DNA of 49,845 bases from Chiloscyllium plagiosum (taxonomy: Eukaryota). The first letter of the stretch is position 1. Every line of letters begins with the position of its first letter. The position numbers were made by a program, and so were the translations under genes. Below are positions 1-10,185 of this stretch, piece by piece. The notes below the pieces were generated by a model, which worked only from the letters and a program-made list of their open reading frames with translations, made no database searches and was not told the DNA's origin. Where the stretch lies: positions 9,282,037-9,331,881 of the forward strand of contig NC_057719.1 of the NCBI RefSeq assembly GCF_004010195.1, read 5' to 3'.

Positions 1-48
1 GGTCAATATTTCAGCTCTGCTACAAAGCTAGTAGAGTAGTGCTCATGT
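1..48. repeat. Left arm of a local inverted duplication (partner 814-861); may extend past the window start
   Basis: The reverse complement of 1-48 matches 814-861 at 47/48 positions. Confidence 0.95.
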
Positions 49-279
49 GATCTTGCATCATTCCCCATGATGTAAACTGTCTTATTTACATACTTGTGTT
101 AACCCTTTAGATTACACTCACACCCTACTTCCAGGTCCATGGGAAATGATGAGAAAGTAACTGCCTTTTCATCAACTGATGAAAACCAGTGAAACTTTGG
201 CTGTCAGCCTTATCCAGCCCCAACTTTTTTACGACTGACCAGCAGAATGTTTACAAAAAAAATGAAGGAAGTATTGCCA

Positions 280-575
280 AAAAAAGACATTTTGTTGAAG
301 CTTTTGGTCTTGCATTCAATCAGGACAATTTTCAAGAATTACAAACATAAAGAGAAAACAGTATTTTGCATTGTGTGAGAAAAGAGTGTTGATTGGTTTG
401 AAATTGTTAGAGGTATTGCCAGGGAGAATGCGAGATGACAAACAGCATTCAAGTTTTAAAATTGCAACATTGTTTGAATTTGTTAAAATTTAAACAAAAT
501 TTGTCATTTAACTGTCAGTAGTTATCTAACTGGTATATGCTCCATGGGAAAATGTCTCTAAATCAGCACCCACAC
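280..575 (-). mobile_element. Old Penelope-like element terminus with a degenerate hammerhead motif
   Basis: The minus strand of about 292-326 reads TGTCCTGATTGAATGCAAGACCAAAAGCTTC, a decayed CTGATGA-stem-GAAA-AGCT motif. It is followed by sequence resembling recalled shark PLE ends. Confidence 0.45.
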
Positions 576-579
576 AATC

Positions 580-813
580 ATATGAAGTCAGAGCAGGAGT
601 AGACCATTCAGTCCCTCCTGCTTGCTCCACCATTCAAAAAGATCGTGGCTGGTCTGTTTTGCATTTTTAATGCCACATTCCCACTTACACATGACAACTG
701 TAGTTCCCCTACCCAACAAGAATCTATACACCTCAATATTAAAACGTCCAATTCCCTGCCTTCCACCCCCATCCTAGTTAGAGGTCCAAAGTTGCACAAA
801 CCTCTGAGTAAAA
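580..813 (-). mobile_element. CR1/L2-group LINE 3' end fragment
   Basis: The 'gagcaggagtagaccattcag...ccaccattcaa' tail is shared with other LINE ends here (e.g. 24035-24090, 11970-12000). Confidence 0.65.
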
Positions 814-861
814 ACATGAGCACTACTCTACTAGCTTTGTAGCAGAGTTGAAATATTGACC
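814..861. repeat. Right arm of the inverted duplication of 1-48
   Basis: acatgagcactactctactagctttgtagcagagttgaaatattgacc is the reverse complement of 1-48 with one mismatch. Confidence 0.95.
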
Positions 862-1182
862 TGGATATGAGCACATGAATTAGGAGCAAGATTAGGCCAC
901 TTGGCCCATCATGCTTGCTTTGTCATTCAATGTGACCATGTTTGTTCTGGAGACAAGACCCTGGGTTTCAAAGTTCTGTCCACTTACAAGAGATCAGCAC
1001 GGTCTTCTCACACAGTGTAAAATGTTGTTTTTCCTTTACATTGCTATTTCTAGTAAATTGTCGTGATGAGTGCAATACAAGAGAGTCAACTAAACTTGTC
1101 TTCAGTAAGTTTGTAAAATCACAAAAAAAAACTGACGTTGTTGTAAAAAAAACGATCCAGTTCATTAGAGAAGGAAACGATT

Positions 1183-1490
1183 ACTTACTTACAGTGTGGA
1201 AACAGGCCCTTCAGCCCAACAAGTCCACACCGACCCTCCGAAGAACAACCCACCCAGACCCATTCCGCTGCATTTACCCCTTCACCTAACACTATGGGCA
1301 ATTTAGCGTGGTCAATTCACCTAACCTGCACATCTTTGGACTGTGGGAGGAAACCCAAGCACCTGGAGGAAACCCACGCAGACACAGGGAGAATGTGCAA
1401 ACTCCACACAGACAGTTGCCCGAGGTGGGAATTGAACCCGGGTCTGTGGCGCTGTGAGGCAGCAGTGCTAACCACTGCGCCACCGTGCCA
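1183..1490 (-). mobile_element. tRNA-derived V-SINE (shark HE1-like), full length
   Basis: Minus strand has A-box TGGCGCAGTGG and B-box GGTTCAATTCC, the V-domain TGTGGAGTTTGCACATTCTCCC...GTGGGTTTCCTCC, and a CR1-like tail. Many sister copies are in the window. Confidence 0.9.
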
Positions 1491-1603
1491 TCTGTCATCT
1501 GATCTGACCAACTCCAGATCCACATCAATGAGCCTGACTCTTACCTGCTCTCTGAAATGGCCAGGAGATATTCAGCTCCAGGTATAGGGGATGAGTAGGG
1601 AAT

Positions 1604-1742
1604 GAGTTCTGAGGAAGGGTCACTGGACCTGAAACAGCAACTCTGATTTCTCTCCAAAGATGCTGCCTGACCTGCTGAGTTTTTCCGTGAATTTCCGTTT
1701 TTGTTTCTGATTTCCAGCATCCGCAGTTCTTTAGGTTTTTGT
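1604..1742 (+). mobile_element. Penelope-like element 3' terminus with a minimal hammerhead motif
   Basis: GAGTT-CTGAGGA-AGGGTC-ACTG-GACCT-GAAA-CAGC-AACTC, followed by the recurrent 'agatgctgcc..acctgctgag..tttcc...ccagcatccgcagttc' terminus. Confidence 0.8.
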
Positions 1743-2412
1743 GGGTAACAAATACTCGCCTTGCCTATGATGCCCAAATCCGGAACAGGAATGAAGGAAA
1801 ATGAAAACTATGTTCAATTAGCAGCTGGGACTTTTCCTGTTATGTTTTTGCTTGTAGCAGTGCCCTGGAAATTAATCTTCAATTCTTAGACTCAGGAGGA
1901 CACACACGGAGTGAGCCTTTCCGCACTGACACAGGTTGATCCTACACTAATGCTTCAACAGCTGGGTAAAATGTCAAAATCTCTTAAAAAGAAACACTGA
2001 GAGTGCTGATGGTGCATTCAACATTTCCACTGTTCCTTTGATAATTCAAACCTGAAACCAAAATTTCTGCTTTGTCAAAGTATTGAACTCCTGAAGGGAC
2101 ATGAACAGAAACCAATCTCGCCTGCAAGTAGATGATAAGATCTGAGATCCCTCAGAGATGTACAAACACTCTCCTTCACGCTAAAACATGCTGGACATTA
2201 TTTTCATTTCTAGCACGCATTGGTGTGAACTATATTGTCAGTACATCTCCCAGGAGCACCAGAAGTAATGTTAAGAATTACAATCAAGTTAAATATTCAG
2301 CAACTTTCATGAGGGGAGAGGAAATGGGAAAAGCATGGTGAAAATGCTGTTCTTTTGGTAACTTCTTTTTTTTCTTGGGGTCATTCATATCTGTATATTC
2401 ATTTGTGGGAAG

Positions 2413-2830
2413 GTGATGGCCTACTATCTTATCAGTAGACCTTAATCCAGAGACCCAGGGGCCCAGGTTTGAATCCTGCCATGACAAATTATAGAATTTG
2501 AATTCAACAATAAATCAGCAATAAGGGTCTAATGATGACCATGAAACCATTGATGCTTGACAGCAGAAACCCATTTGGTTCATTAAACCCTTTTAGGATT
2601 GCTATCCTCAACTTTGTCTAGCCTACAAGTGATCTGGGGATCAGTGGTTATGGGGAGAAGGCAGGAGAATGGGATTGAGAAACATCAGCCATGTTGAATG
2701 GTGGAGTAACTTGATGTGCCAAATGGTCTAATTCTGCTCCTTGGTGTAATGGACTCTTAACTAGCCTCTAGGCAATTTGGGATGGGCAATAAATGCTGTC
2801 CAACCAAATGACACTCACATGAATAAAAAA
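2413..2830 (+). mobile_element. tRNA-derived SINE (second shark family, 'aatccagagaccca...gggcaataaatgctg'), interrupted by a LINE tail at about 2631-2745
   Basis: B-box-like GGTTTGAATCC. The body matches other copies at 2945, 11035, 35665, 40935 and 48540. Confidence 0.8.
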
Positions 2831-2944
2831 TGTCTCCGACCTTCATCCTAGTTTCAAGCTAACATCTGAATCAAGAGCCTTCTTCCCTCTCTACAGATTC
2901 TGATAGTGCCTATCTTTTTTCTGAGCCTCTTAACCTTCAACAAC

Positions 2945-3240
2945 AAGTGATATTATTGCTGGACTTTTAATCCAGAGATCCAGGAAACGTCCTGGGGATG
3001 CAAGTTCAAATCCTACCATGGCAGATGGTAGAATTTGAAATCAATAAAAACCTGGAATTGATAATGACAGTAAAATTATTGTCGAATGTCAGGACAACCC
3101 ATCTGGTTCATTAATGTCCTTCAGGGAAGGAAACTGCCATCCTTACCTGGTCTGTCCTACATAAGACTCCAGACCTAAAGCAATGTTAACTGCCCTCTCC
3201 AATAAATGCAAGCCTCGCCCTTGTCCTGTAAAAGAAAAAT
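2945..3240 (+). mobile_element. tRNA-derived SINE, second family
   Basis: Shares 'gttcaaatcctaccatggcagatggtagaatttgaa...cccatctggttcattaatgtccttcagggaagg' with the other copies. Confidence 0.85.
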
Positions 3241-3254
3241 GAATCTTCATTTTG

Positions 3255-3680
3255 TCAGTCATGGTTCACCTAAGGGCACTACTCCCTCAGCATCAGAAGC
3301 TTGTTGCGTTAAACACATTCCAAGCACTTGAGTACTGATAAGAATACTGATACTCTACTGCAGTACTGAAGTAATGCTGTCAGAGGTGCTGTCAGTTGGG
3401 TGCATGGGTCAAATATGACCCTGTCTTGCCTCACAGATGGACAAGAAAGATCCCATGCCATTTTGACAAAGAGCAAAGGGTGTTCCTCACAGCGTCCTGA
3501 CCAATATTTGTTGTCCGATCAGCAAAACAAAAGATTAATTATCCGGCTGCAACAATTTTGCAGTTCAGGTAAGTCCAGTTTGCAAGCTGCCAACCACGCT
3601 TCCTAGCTCACAATCGTGATTTCATCAGCCACAATCTGTTTTACAATATCTTGAGGAGCTGAAGGTGAACAGCATTATAA
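3255..3680 (+). mobile_element. DeuSINE (SacSINE1/AmnSINE1-related), diverged
   Basis: Deu-domain-like run 'gcagtactga...gtcagaggtgctgtc...aaagatcccatgcca...gtcctgaccaatatt'; it matches a second copy at 8900-9160. Confidence 0.7.
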
Positions 3681-4404
3681 TTTGCTTAACATAGATGTCT
3701 CCAAGATTACAAAAGGCTGAACCAAACATCTGTGCCACAGCAACTAGAACAAGGGAAGGAGCATCAGAAAAATAAAAATTTGGTTTGGAATTCTGAAGAA
3801 ACATTGGATTTGCTAACTCATTTCTTTCTAACTTTGAGTGACCCCTAACTTACTTACAACGTTCATCTGATTTCATTTCACTTTTCTGAAGTTCAAAGTT
3901 TCCTTTCAATTATTCAAAACAGTTGGATTCTTTTTGAATTAATCGAGAAGAATAATTATCTAAAAATTAGGCTGCTAATTGAAAATGCCTGCACCTTTAT
4001 TTTTTACAAAAAAATTTATCGCATCACCTGGGCTATGATCCAACTCATTACTCTTAATGCAATTAAGAGCTTTAACTCCTGAAAAAACTTGCAATTGGTT
4101 GACTATTTCTGAAATATTAATGGCTATTTCATCCTCAACCTATTTGATGCTAAAAGCCATTCATTTGATTTTAGAATTTTAGCATAACACTACACCTTGC
4201 TCTAGCTTCTGTGTCACACACAAACCCCCTCCAGTGTCTTGTATCAGGAATATTCACAAAGACTGTACCAGAGCTCAGAATTAACAGGACAGACTGAGTG
4301 TGCTGGGGTCCAGTGTCCTTGAAACAATCTTAGGAGCAAAATGATGAAGAGCTTCAAATTGCAAAGATACTTCAGTAAGGTGTGCATAGAGGAAACACAG
4401 ACCG

Positions 4405-4756
4405 GAGAATCCCTACAGTAGGTAAAGAGGTCATTCGGCCCATCATGTACATACTGACCCTCCAAAGAGTGTTCCAACCAGACCCAGTTCGCTACCCTAT
4501 CCCTATGACCCCACATTTCCCATGGCTAATCCACCGAGCCTGCACATCTCCCTGACACTATGGACAATTTAACATGGCCAACCCATCTAAACTCGCACAT
4601 CCTTGGACTGTGGGTGGAAACTGGAGCACCAGGCAGGAACCTAGGTGGACACGGAGAGAATGTGCAAACTCCACAGAGTCACTGGAGTTTGGAATCGAAC
4701 CTGGGTCCCTGTTGCTGTGAGGCAGCAATGCTAACTACTGAGCTACCATGCTGCCT
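4405..4756 (-). mobile_element. V-SINE (HE1-like), older copy
   Basis: Contains 'gaatgtgcaaactccaca' and a reverse-complement tRNA head 'ggaatcgaacctgggtcc...gctaactactgagctacc'. Confidence 0.85.
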
Positions 4757-4949
4757 GTGGACGCCGGTCAGGGAATCTTAATAATAAGAAAGTCATGAAG
4801 GAAGCCAAAAGAAATATCGGAGAAACGCCTTTGCCCATACTGTGGCTAGTGTGTGGAACTCACTCCCAAATTGAGTCTTTGAGCATGTTGAAGCATGAGA
4901 TAGGAGAGGATCATACAGGTAGGCTGATATCTGGATGTGTGGGAGGAAT

Positions 4950-5226
4950 GCTGAGTTGAAAATGTGTTGCTGGAAAAGCGCAGCATGTCAGGCAGCATCC
5001 AAGGAGCAGGAGAATCGACGATTTGGGCACAATACCTTCTTCAGGAATGAGGAAAGTGTGCCAAGCAGGCTAAGATAAAAGGTATGGAGGAGGGACTTGG
5101 GGGAGGGGCATTGGAAATGCGATAGGTGGAAGGAAGTTAAGGTGAGGGTGAGAGGCCGGAGTTGTGGTTGGAGGGTTCCTAGGCGGAAGATGAGGTGCTC
5201 TTCCTCCAGCCGTCATGTTGCTATGG
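4950..5226 (-). mobile_element. Penelope-like element 3' fragment with internal deletion; retains the GIY-YIG C-terminal peptide
   Basis: The minus strand near 5172-5213 translates to RLEEEHLIFRLGTL. The terminus is the same family as 7595-7975, and a degenerate hammerhead lies at about 5009-5047. Confidence 0.8.
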
Positions 5227-5669
5227 ATAGTTCAGCTCAGTTGGTTAGATGACTAAGAGTGTGGTGCAGAATACAGCCAATCATGCAGGTTTAAGAGGTA
5301 GTTAGGCATAATTCTTAGTGTGAAAGGAATCAAAGGATATGGAGAGTAAGTGGGAATTAAAGGTATTAAGTTGATGATCAGCCATGAGCATACTGAATGG
5401 CAGAGCAGGGCTGAATGATCTAAACCTGCTCTCTGATTCAGTCCCAACACTCTCTGTGATATTCCATTAAGGCCTTATCCCTTATCCTGCCCTTGAAGCT
5501 GAGTAGTGCCTCTCGATAACCACTTGCGTTTCCCTAACAGAGGGATGCCTGTGATTTGAATTGCTCTGCATCTAATTACCATCGCGGTGGCTTATGTAAA
5601 GATAGGCATGCCCCAGCTGGGCTGAAGGGCCTGATTGTGCACTGTAAAAATGTACATGCTTTTTAAAAA

Positions 5670-5860
5670 TAAATTCACAGGATGAAGGCATCACTGACGA
5701 GACCAGCATTTATTGCCTGTCCTTAAATGCCCAGAGGGCAATTAAGAATCAACCATATTGCTATGGGTCTGGAGTCACACGTAGACCAGATCAGGTAAGG
5801 ATGGCACTTTCCTTCCCTAAGGGACATTAGTGAACCAGATGGGTTTTCCAACAATCGATA
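5670..5860 (-). mobile_element. tRNA-derived SINE, second family, 3' half
   Basis: Reverse complement of the tail and body seen at 11390-11550. Confidence 0.8.
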
Positions 5861-6959
5861 ATTACATAGTGACAGATATCTAATTCCTTAGTTACACCCG
5901 TGTGCTCATTAGTCCAGCATTTACACCTAGATAGTTACAAACTGAGTAACCCCGATGTGCAACTATAAGAAACCAGCCAGATATGGGGCGCACGTTCTCG
6001 GATTTCCCCTCACTATCTTGGCTGTATACAGATGGTGGTAGCTTATCACCCTAACATATGATCAGCTCACGAACCTGACTCTGTGGGATTACCAGAGAAA
6101 TGCACCCCTCTCTTGCTGGAAGAGGGGTACGAGATTGGAGCCAGCATTGTGGGCATCTTTAACAAGTTGTTATTGGCAGCCCTGGTACAGGGCTGGCACA
6201 GGGGCAGGAGCAGAATGGGGACTGATGAAGAATGACTGGAGATATTTATTTACCACTCTAACTCCCCCCTCCCCCCTTCCACCCCTGGTCCTTCTCTAGT
6301 CATATCAACTCTCCCTACAACTACCATTCCAAAACAGGTCCAATCAGCTTGAAGTCTGCCTGGGTAAAAATTCCAGTCACCCTGTTCGTTTATAAGACTC
6401 TAAGCAAGACTGGCGCAATTTGTGGCTCCGATAGCATTCAATACCATTGCAGAAAATATCTCACCTTCCTGTTGGAATGAATGAAGCAAAAATAAAGTAG
6501 GAACACCTCATTAGGGAATCTGACAGAGGTTTGTGGGCAATTATTTTACCTGCTATTCCCAGGTGCCAGGAGGAGATGTAGACGGAACATCATTATGTGA
6601 GAGAGTACCATTTCAGAATGGGGATTACATTAATCTCACCTCTCTCTTTTCCTTTATTTTTCACTTCTAGGATTACACGGAACAAAGCCAAGCTTGATGA
6701 GGTGGCTTCTGGACTTAGCTGGCTTGGGGTACCTGACCGAGCTGCTGTCAAGGATGATAAAACAGTCCCGTTAAATGCCAAATCTCTCGAGGGAGAGGCA
6801 TCAAGGTAGTAATGTGTAGTAAATGGACACTGCTCCAAGTGGCAGCATGACAGATGATAGAGCCTGAAATAGATGCAGGCACTTGATACGACCACTGCCT
6901 TGCAAGAGTGTTTTCAGAGTTGAATTCTTCCCCGCTAATAAGCAAATAAATCAGTTAAT

Positions 6960-7385
6960 GGATGATTCACCTACAGACTCCCGAAAGCCTATCCAATGTC
7001 TACAAGCCATGAACGTGAGTGTGATGGAATATTCCCCACTTGCCTGGATGATTGCAACTCCAACAACACTCAAGAAGCTTGACACCATCAAAGGAAAAAT
7101 TACTCACTGAGTTGGTATTTACTACCTTAAAGGTTCACTCCAAGAGCCGAATCAGAACACCACCACCTACAGGTTCCCCTCTAAGCCACTCACCATCCTG
7201 ACTTGGAAATATGTAACCATTCCTTCATTGTCGCCAGGTCAAAATCTTAGAGCTCCACAGTGGGTGCACCTGCAGGTCAAAGACTGCATTGATTCAAAAA
7301 GGTCTCATCACCTCCTGGAGGGCAACTAGGGAGAAACAAAAAACACTGTGGCTTGGCAACGATAACTGCAACCCTTGACTAAATA
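6960..7385 (+). mobile_element. CR1/L2-superclade LINE 3' fragment (family encoding 'VMEYSPLAWM..TTLKKLDTI')
   Basis: ORF 6883-7110 contains SVMEYSPLAWMIATPTTLKKLDTI. The same peptide recurs at 48010, and the tail 'gggcaactaggga' is shared. Confidence 0.8.
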
Positions 7386-7647
7386 AATCAAACTCCATTA
7401 TATCAGTGTCTGCACTTCAAAAAGTCATAAGTACATATCTTTCCTCCTTTCTCATGTACATTGGCTGTTGTCCTTTGATTTTTGAACCCTGGCATGGAAC
7501 ACAAGGACATACTCAACCCACTGAGCTCCACAAGTTATATCTTGTCTCAACAGTGGGTTACTGCCTCCAATAAGTCACCTCAGTTGGGAATGTGCTGAAA
7601 ATGTGTTGCTGGAAAAGCGCAGCAGGCCAGGCAGCATCCAAGGAACA

Positions 7648-7726
7648 GGAGAATCGACGTTTCGGGCATAAGCCCTTCCTCAGGAATGGAGAATCGACGT
7701 TTCAGGCATAAGCCCTTCCTCAGGAA
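7648..7726 (-). ncRNA. Tandem pair of minimal type I hammerhead ribozyme motifs (PLE-type)
   Basis: The minus strand reads twice TTC-CTGAGGA-A-GGGC-TTAT-GCC(C/T)-GAAA-C-GTC-GATTCTCC with a 40-nt period. This gives the CUGANGA and GAAA cores, a stem II tetraloop, a palindromic ACGU helix III and a GUC site. Confidence 0.7.
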
Positions 7727-7943
7727 GTTCCTTGGATGCTGCCTGACCTGCTGCGCTTTTCCAGCAACACATTTTCAGCTGTTCCTTGGATGCTGCCTGA
7801 CCTGCTGCGCTTTTCCAGCAATACATTTTCAGCCGGTTCCTTGGATGCTGCCTGACCTGCTGCGCTTTTCCAGCAACACATTTTCAGCTGTTCCTTGGAT
7901 GCTGCCTGACCTGCTGCGCTTTTCCAGCAACACATTTTCAGCT
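7727..7943 (+). repeat. Four tandem copies of a 54-55 bp PLE-terminal unit
   Basis: The unit gttccttggatgctgcctgacctgctgcgcttttccagcaacacattttcagct starts at 7727, 7781, 7836 and 7890. Confidence 0.97.
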
Positions 7944-8119
7944 CTGATCTCCAGCATCTGCAGCCCTCACTTTCTCTCAGTTGGGAATGTGAACAATGTA
8001 TGATATTATTTCATCTTTTCCTCAGTTCATGAACATTGTTACAACTTTAATACTCGCAGCTGAAGTTTTCTCTTCATTCACTGTTAGCATACAGGGATCG
8101 CTGTATATCAACCGGGATA

Positions 8120-8392
8120 TATTGATCTTCCTTCCTTACCCCTGAAATGGTGGTGCTGAGTCACTTTCTTGGACTTCTGCAGTCCATGTAGTTTTGGTAA
8201 CCCACTTGTGTACTGCGAGAACGTTTTAGGATTTTGACCCAGTGGCAATGAGGGAACAGCCATCATATTTCCAAGTCAGGATGGTGTGTGACTTGCAGGT
8301 GTTTCCTTTATACCTGCAGCTCTTGTCCTCCTAGGTGGTGGACAGGAAATGCTATTGAAGTAATCTTGGTGAGTTGCTGCCTTGTGTCTTAT
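8120..8392 (-). mobile_element. LINE 3' fragment of the same family as 6960-7385
   Basis: 'atatttccaagtcaggatggtg' is the reverse complement of 'caccatcctgacttggaaatat' at about 7191-7212. Confidence 0.7.
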
Positions 8393-8855
8393 GATCTATC
8401 GGGATGCATCACGGCTTGGTAGGGCAACTGCTCCACCCAGGACCGTAAGAAACTACAGAGAGTTGTGAACACAGCCCAGTCCATCACACAAACCAACTTT
8501 CCAGCCACTGACTCTATCTATACTTCCTGCTCCCTCAGAAAGGCAGCTAACATCACCAATGACCCCTCCCACCCCGGTTATAATCTCTTCCATTGGACAG
8601 AAGATACAAAAGCAGCAGGTTCAAGAACAGCTTCTTCCCTGCTGTTATTAAACTTCTGCATGAACCTCCCAAATTTCAAATCTAACATTGATCTTGTTCT
8701 TTGTGCACCTTCAGTGTAGCTGTAACGTTGTATTCCTTGCTCTGTTCTATTACCTAACGCACTTTGTATGGTATGATCTGCCTGCACTGCTCGCAAAACA
8801 AAACTTTTCACTATACTGAGGTACATGTGACAATAATAAATCAAGTCAAATCAAA
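8393..8855 (+). mobile_element. Rex1/Babar-type LINE 3' end
   Basis: Translates to ...SGCITAW*GNCSTQDRKKLQRVVNTAQSITQTN...KAANITNDPSHPGYNLF, typical of the Rex1/Babar ORF C-terminus. It ends in a (tcaaa)-type tail. Confidence 0.85.
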
Positions 8856-8899
8856 GTCAGGTACTGCTGTAGTGATGGAGTGGGGGATGGATGTTCAAT

Positions 8900-9160
8900 C
8901 TTGTAGCTCACTTGGTAGCACTCTCACCACAAGGCTTCAATGGGATTAAAAACCCAGGTTTACCCTCTGGTGCAGTATGGAGGAAGTGCTGCACTCCCTT
9001 CTGGAGCAGGCTATAAGCCAAAGTTATGTCTGGTGGTGGAGATGGATGGAGAATCCCAAGTCACTATTTCAAAGCATAGCCCATGAGTTCTCCATGGTGT
9101 CCTGACCAATGTCTCCCTCTCAATTGAAAAAAAAAGATTATCTAGTCATCTTAACCACAT
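8900..9160 (+). mobile_element. DeuSINE, diverged
   Basis: tRNA-like head 'tgtagctcacttggtagcactctc' plus 'gcagtatggaggaagtgctgcact...gagttctccatggtgtcctgaccaat'. Confidence 0.65.
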
Positions 9161-9489
9161 TCACAATTTAGTAAACAATGCCAGAGTACAGATATTAGTC
9201 TGTATGCTGACACAACTGAATCAGGAAGCCTGTATCCTAATGCTAAAATCCAATACATGAGCCAAAATGTAAGGGCAATTGTCTATGGTTTGGCCTTGCA
9301 ACTCTCTTGATTTCAAGTTCAACTCAAGGTTAAGACCAAAGTGATAGGTACAACTGGAGGAGTGGACCGTACATACCCAAAGATTAAAAGACATGGATTC
9401 AAAGCGACAGGAGCAAGTTTTTTCACAAAGTGAGTGGTCGATCAGACAGCGCACCACAAAGGCAGAATCAATCAAGGCAGCCGAAAAGG

Positions 9490-9650
9490 GGATAGGGCAG
9501 GAGGTGCTGGAGAAACCCTCCAGGTCCAGCAGCAACTGTATCGAAAAAAACCTGAGTTAATGTACTGGACTCAAAATTCTCCCAGATGCTGAGCTTCTCC
9601 AGCACTTTCTGATTTTAATTGCAATTTCCAGCATCCGCAGAATTTTGGTT
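9490..9650. mobile_element. Degenerate PLE foldback inserted in an old LINE tail
   Basis: Inverted 'gtgctggagaa...' and '...ttctccagcac' arms plus the terminal 'ccagcatccgcag'. Confidence 0.6.
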
Positions 9651-9898
9651 GCACTCAATAAGGGAGCTGGACTGTCATTTGAAAAGCAGCAACTTCAAGG
9701 GTTACGGTGAGAATGGCACAAAACAAAATGCTCTTTTGGAGAGATGGTGCAAGCACGGTGGGCTGAATGGCCTCCCCCTGCTCTACAATATTTCTGTTGG
9801 TCTACAAATCTAGCCCACAACTGAAGCTGATAACCTTGCCAAATGTCGCAAGTGTAAATCAATGGTCAGAAGGAACGTCTACATTCCAATACACCTTG

Positions 9899-10185
9899 GG
9901 TGGCATGGTGACTCAGTGGTTAGCACTGCTGCCTTACAGGACCCAGGCTCGATTCCACCCTCAGGCGACTGACTGTGTGGAGTTTGCACATTCTCCCCGT
10001 GTCTGTGTGGGTTCCCTCCGGGTGCTCTGGTTTCCTCCCACAGTCCAAAGATGTGCAGGACAGGTGCATCGGCCCCAGGAAATGCACGGTTACAGGGATA
10101 CGGTACGTCTGGGTGGCATGCTCTTGGTGGGTGGGTGCAGACTCGATAGGCCGAATAGCCTGCTTCCACACTGCAAGGATCATAT
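9899..10185 (+). mobile_element. V-SINE (HE1-like)
   Basis: A-box TGACTCAGTGG, V-domain and CR1-like tail. Confidence 0.9.

Larger units (their letters stand above)
7595..7975. mobile_element. Penelope-like foldback insertion with internal tandem amplifications and a 16-bp TSD
   Basis: TSD ctcagttgggaatgtg at 7579-7594 and 7976-7991. The left arm is the reverse complement of the right-arm unit. Confidence 0.92.

Noticed and set aside
145..200. ATGATGA...CTGA (C/D snoRNA-like) and CTGATGA...GAAA (hammerhead-like)
   Set aside because: The C and D boxes are only about 30 nt apart, and the would-be stem II (AAACCAGT) does not pair.
1292..1587. Recurrent ORFs such as CGRKPEHPEETHADTGRMCKLHT / VWSLHILPVSAWVSS
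   Set aside because: Translations of the non-coding V-SINE body, repeated at every copy.
7727..7943. Regular ~54-bp repeats superficially like a CRISPR array
   Set aside because: The units are directly tandem with no unique spacers, derive from a PLE terminus, and sit in vertebrate DNA with no cas genes.
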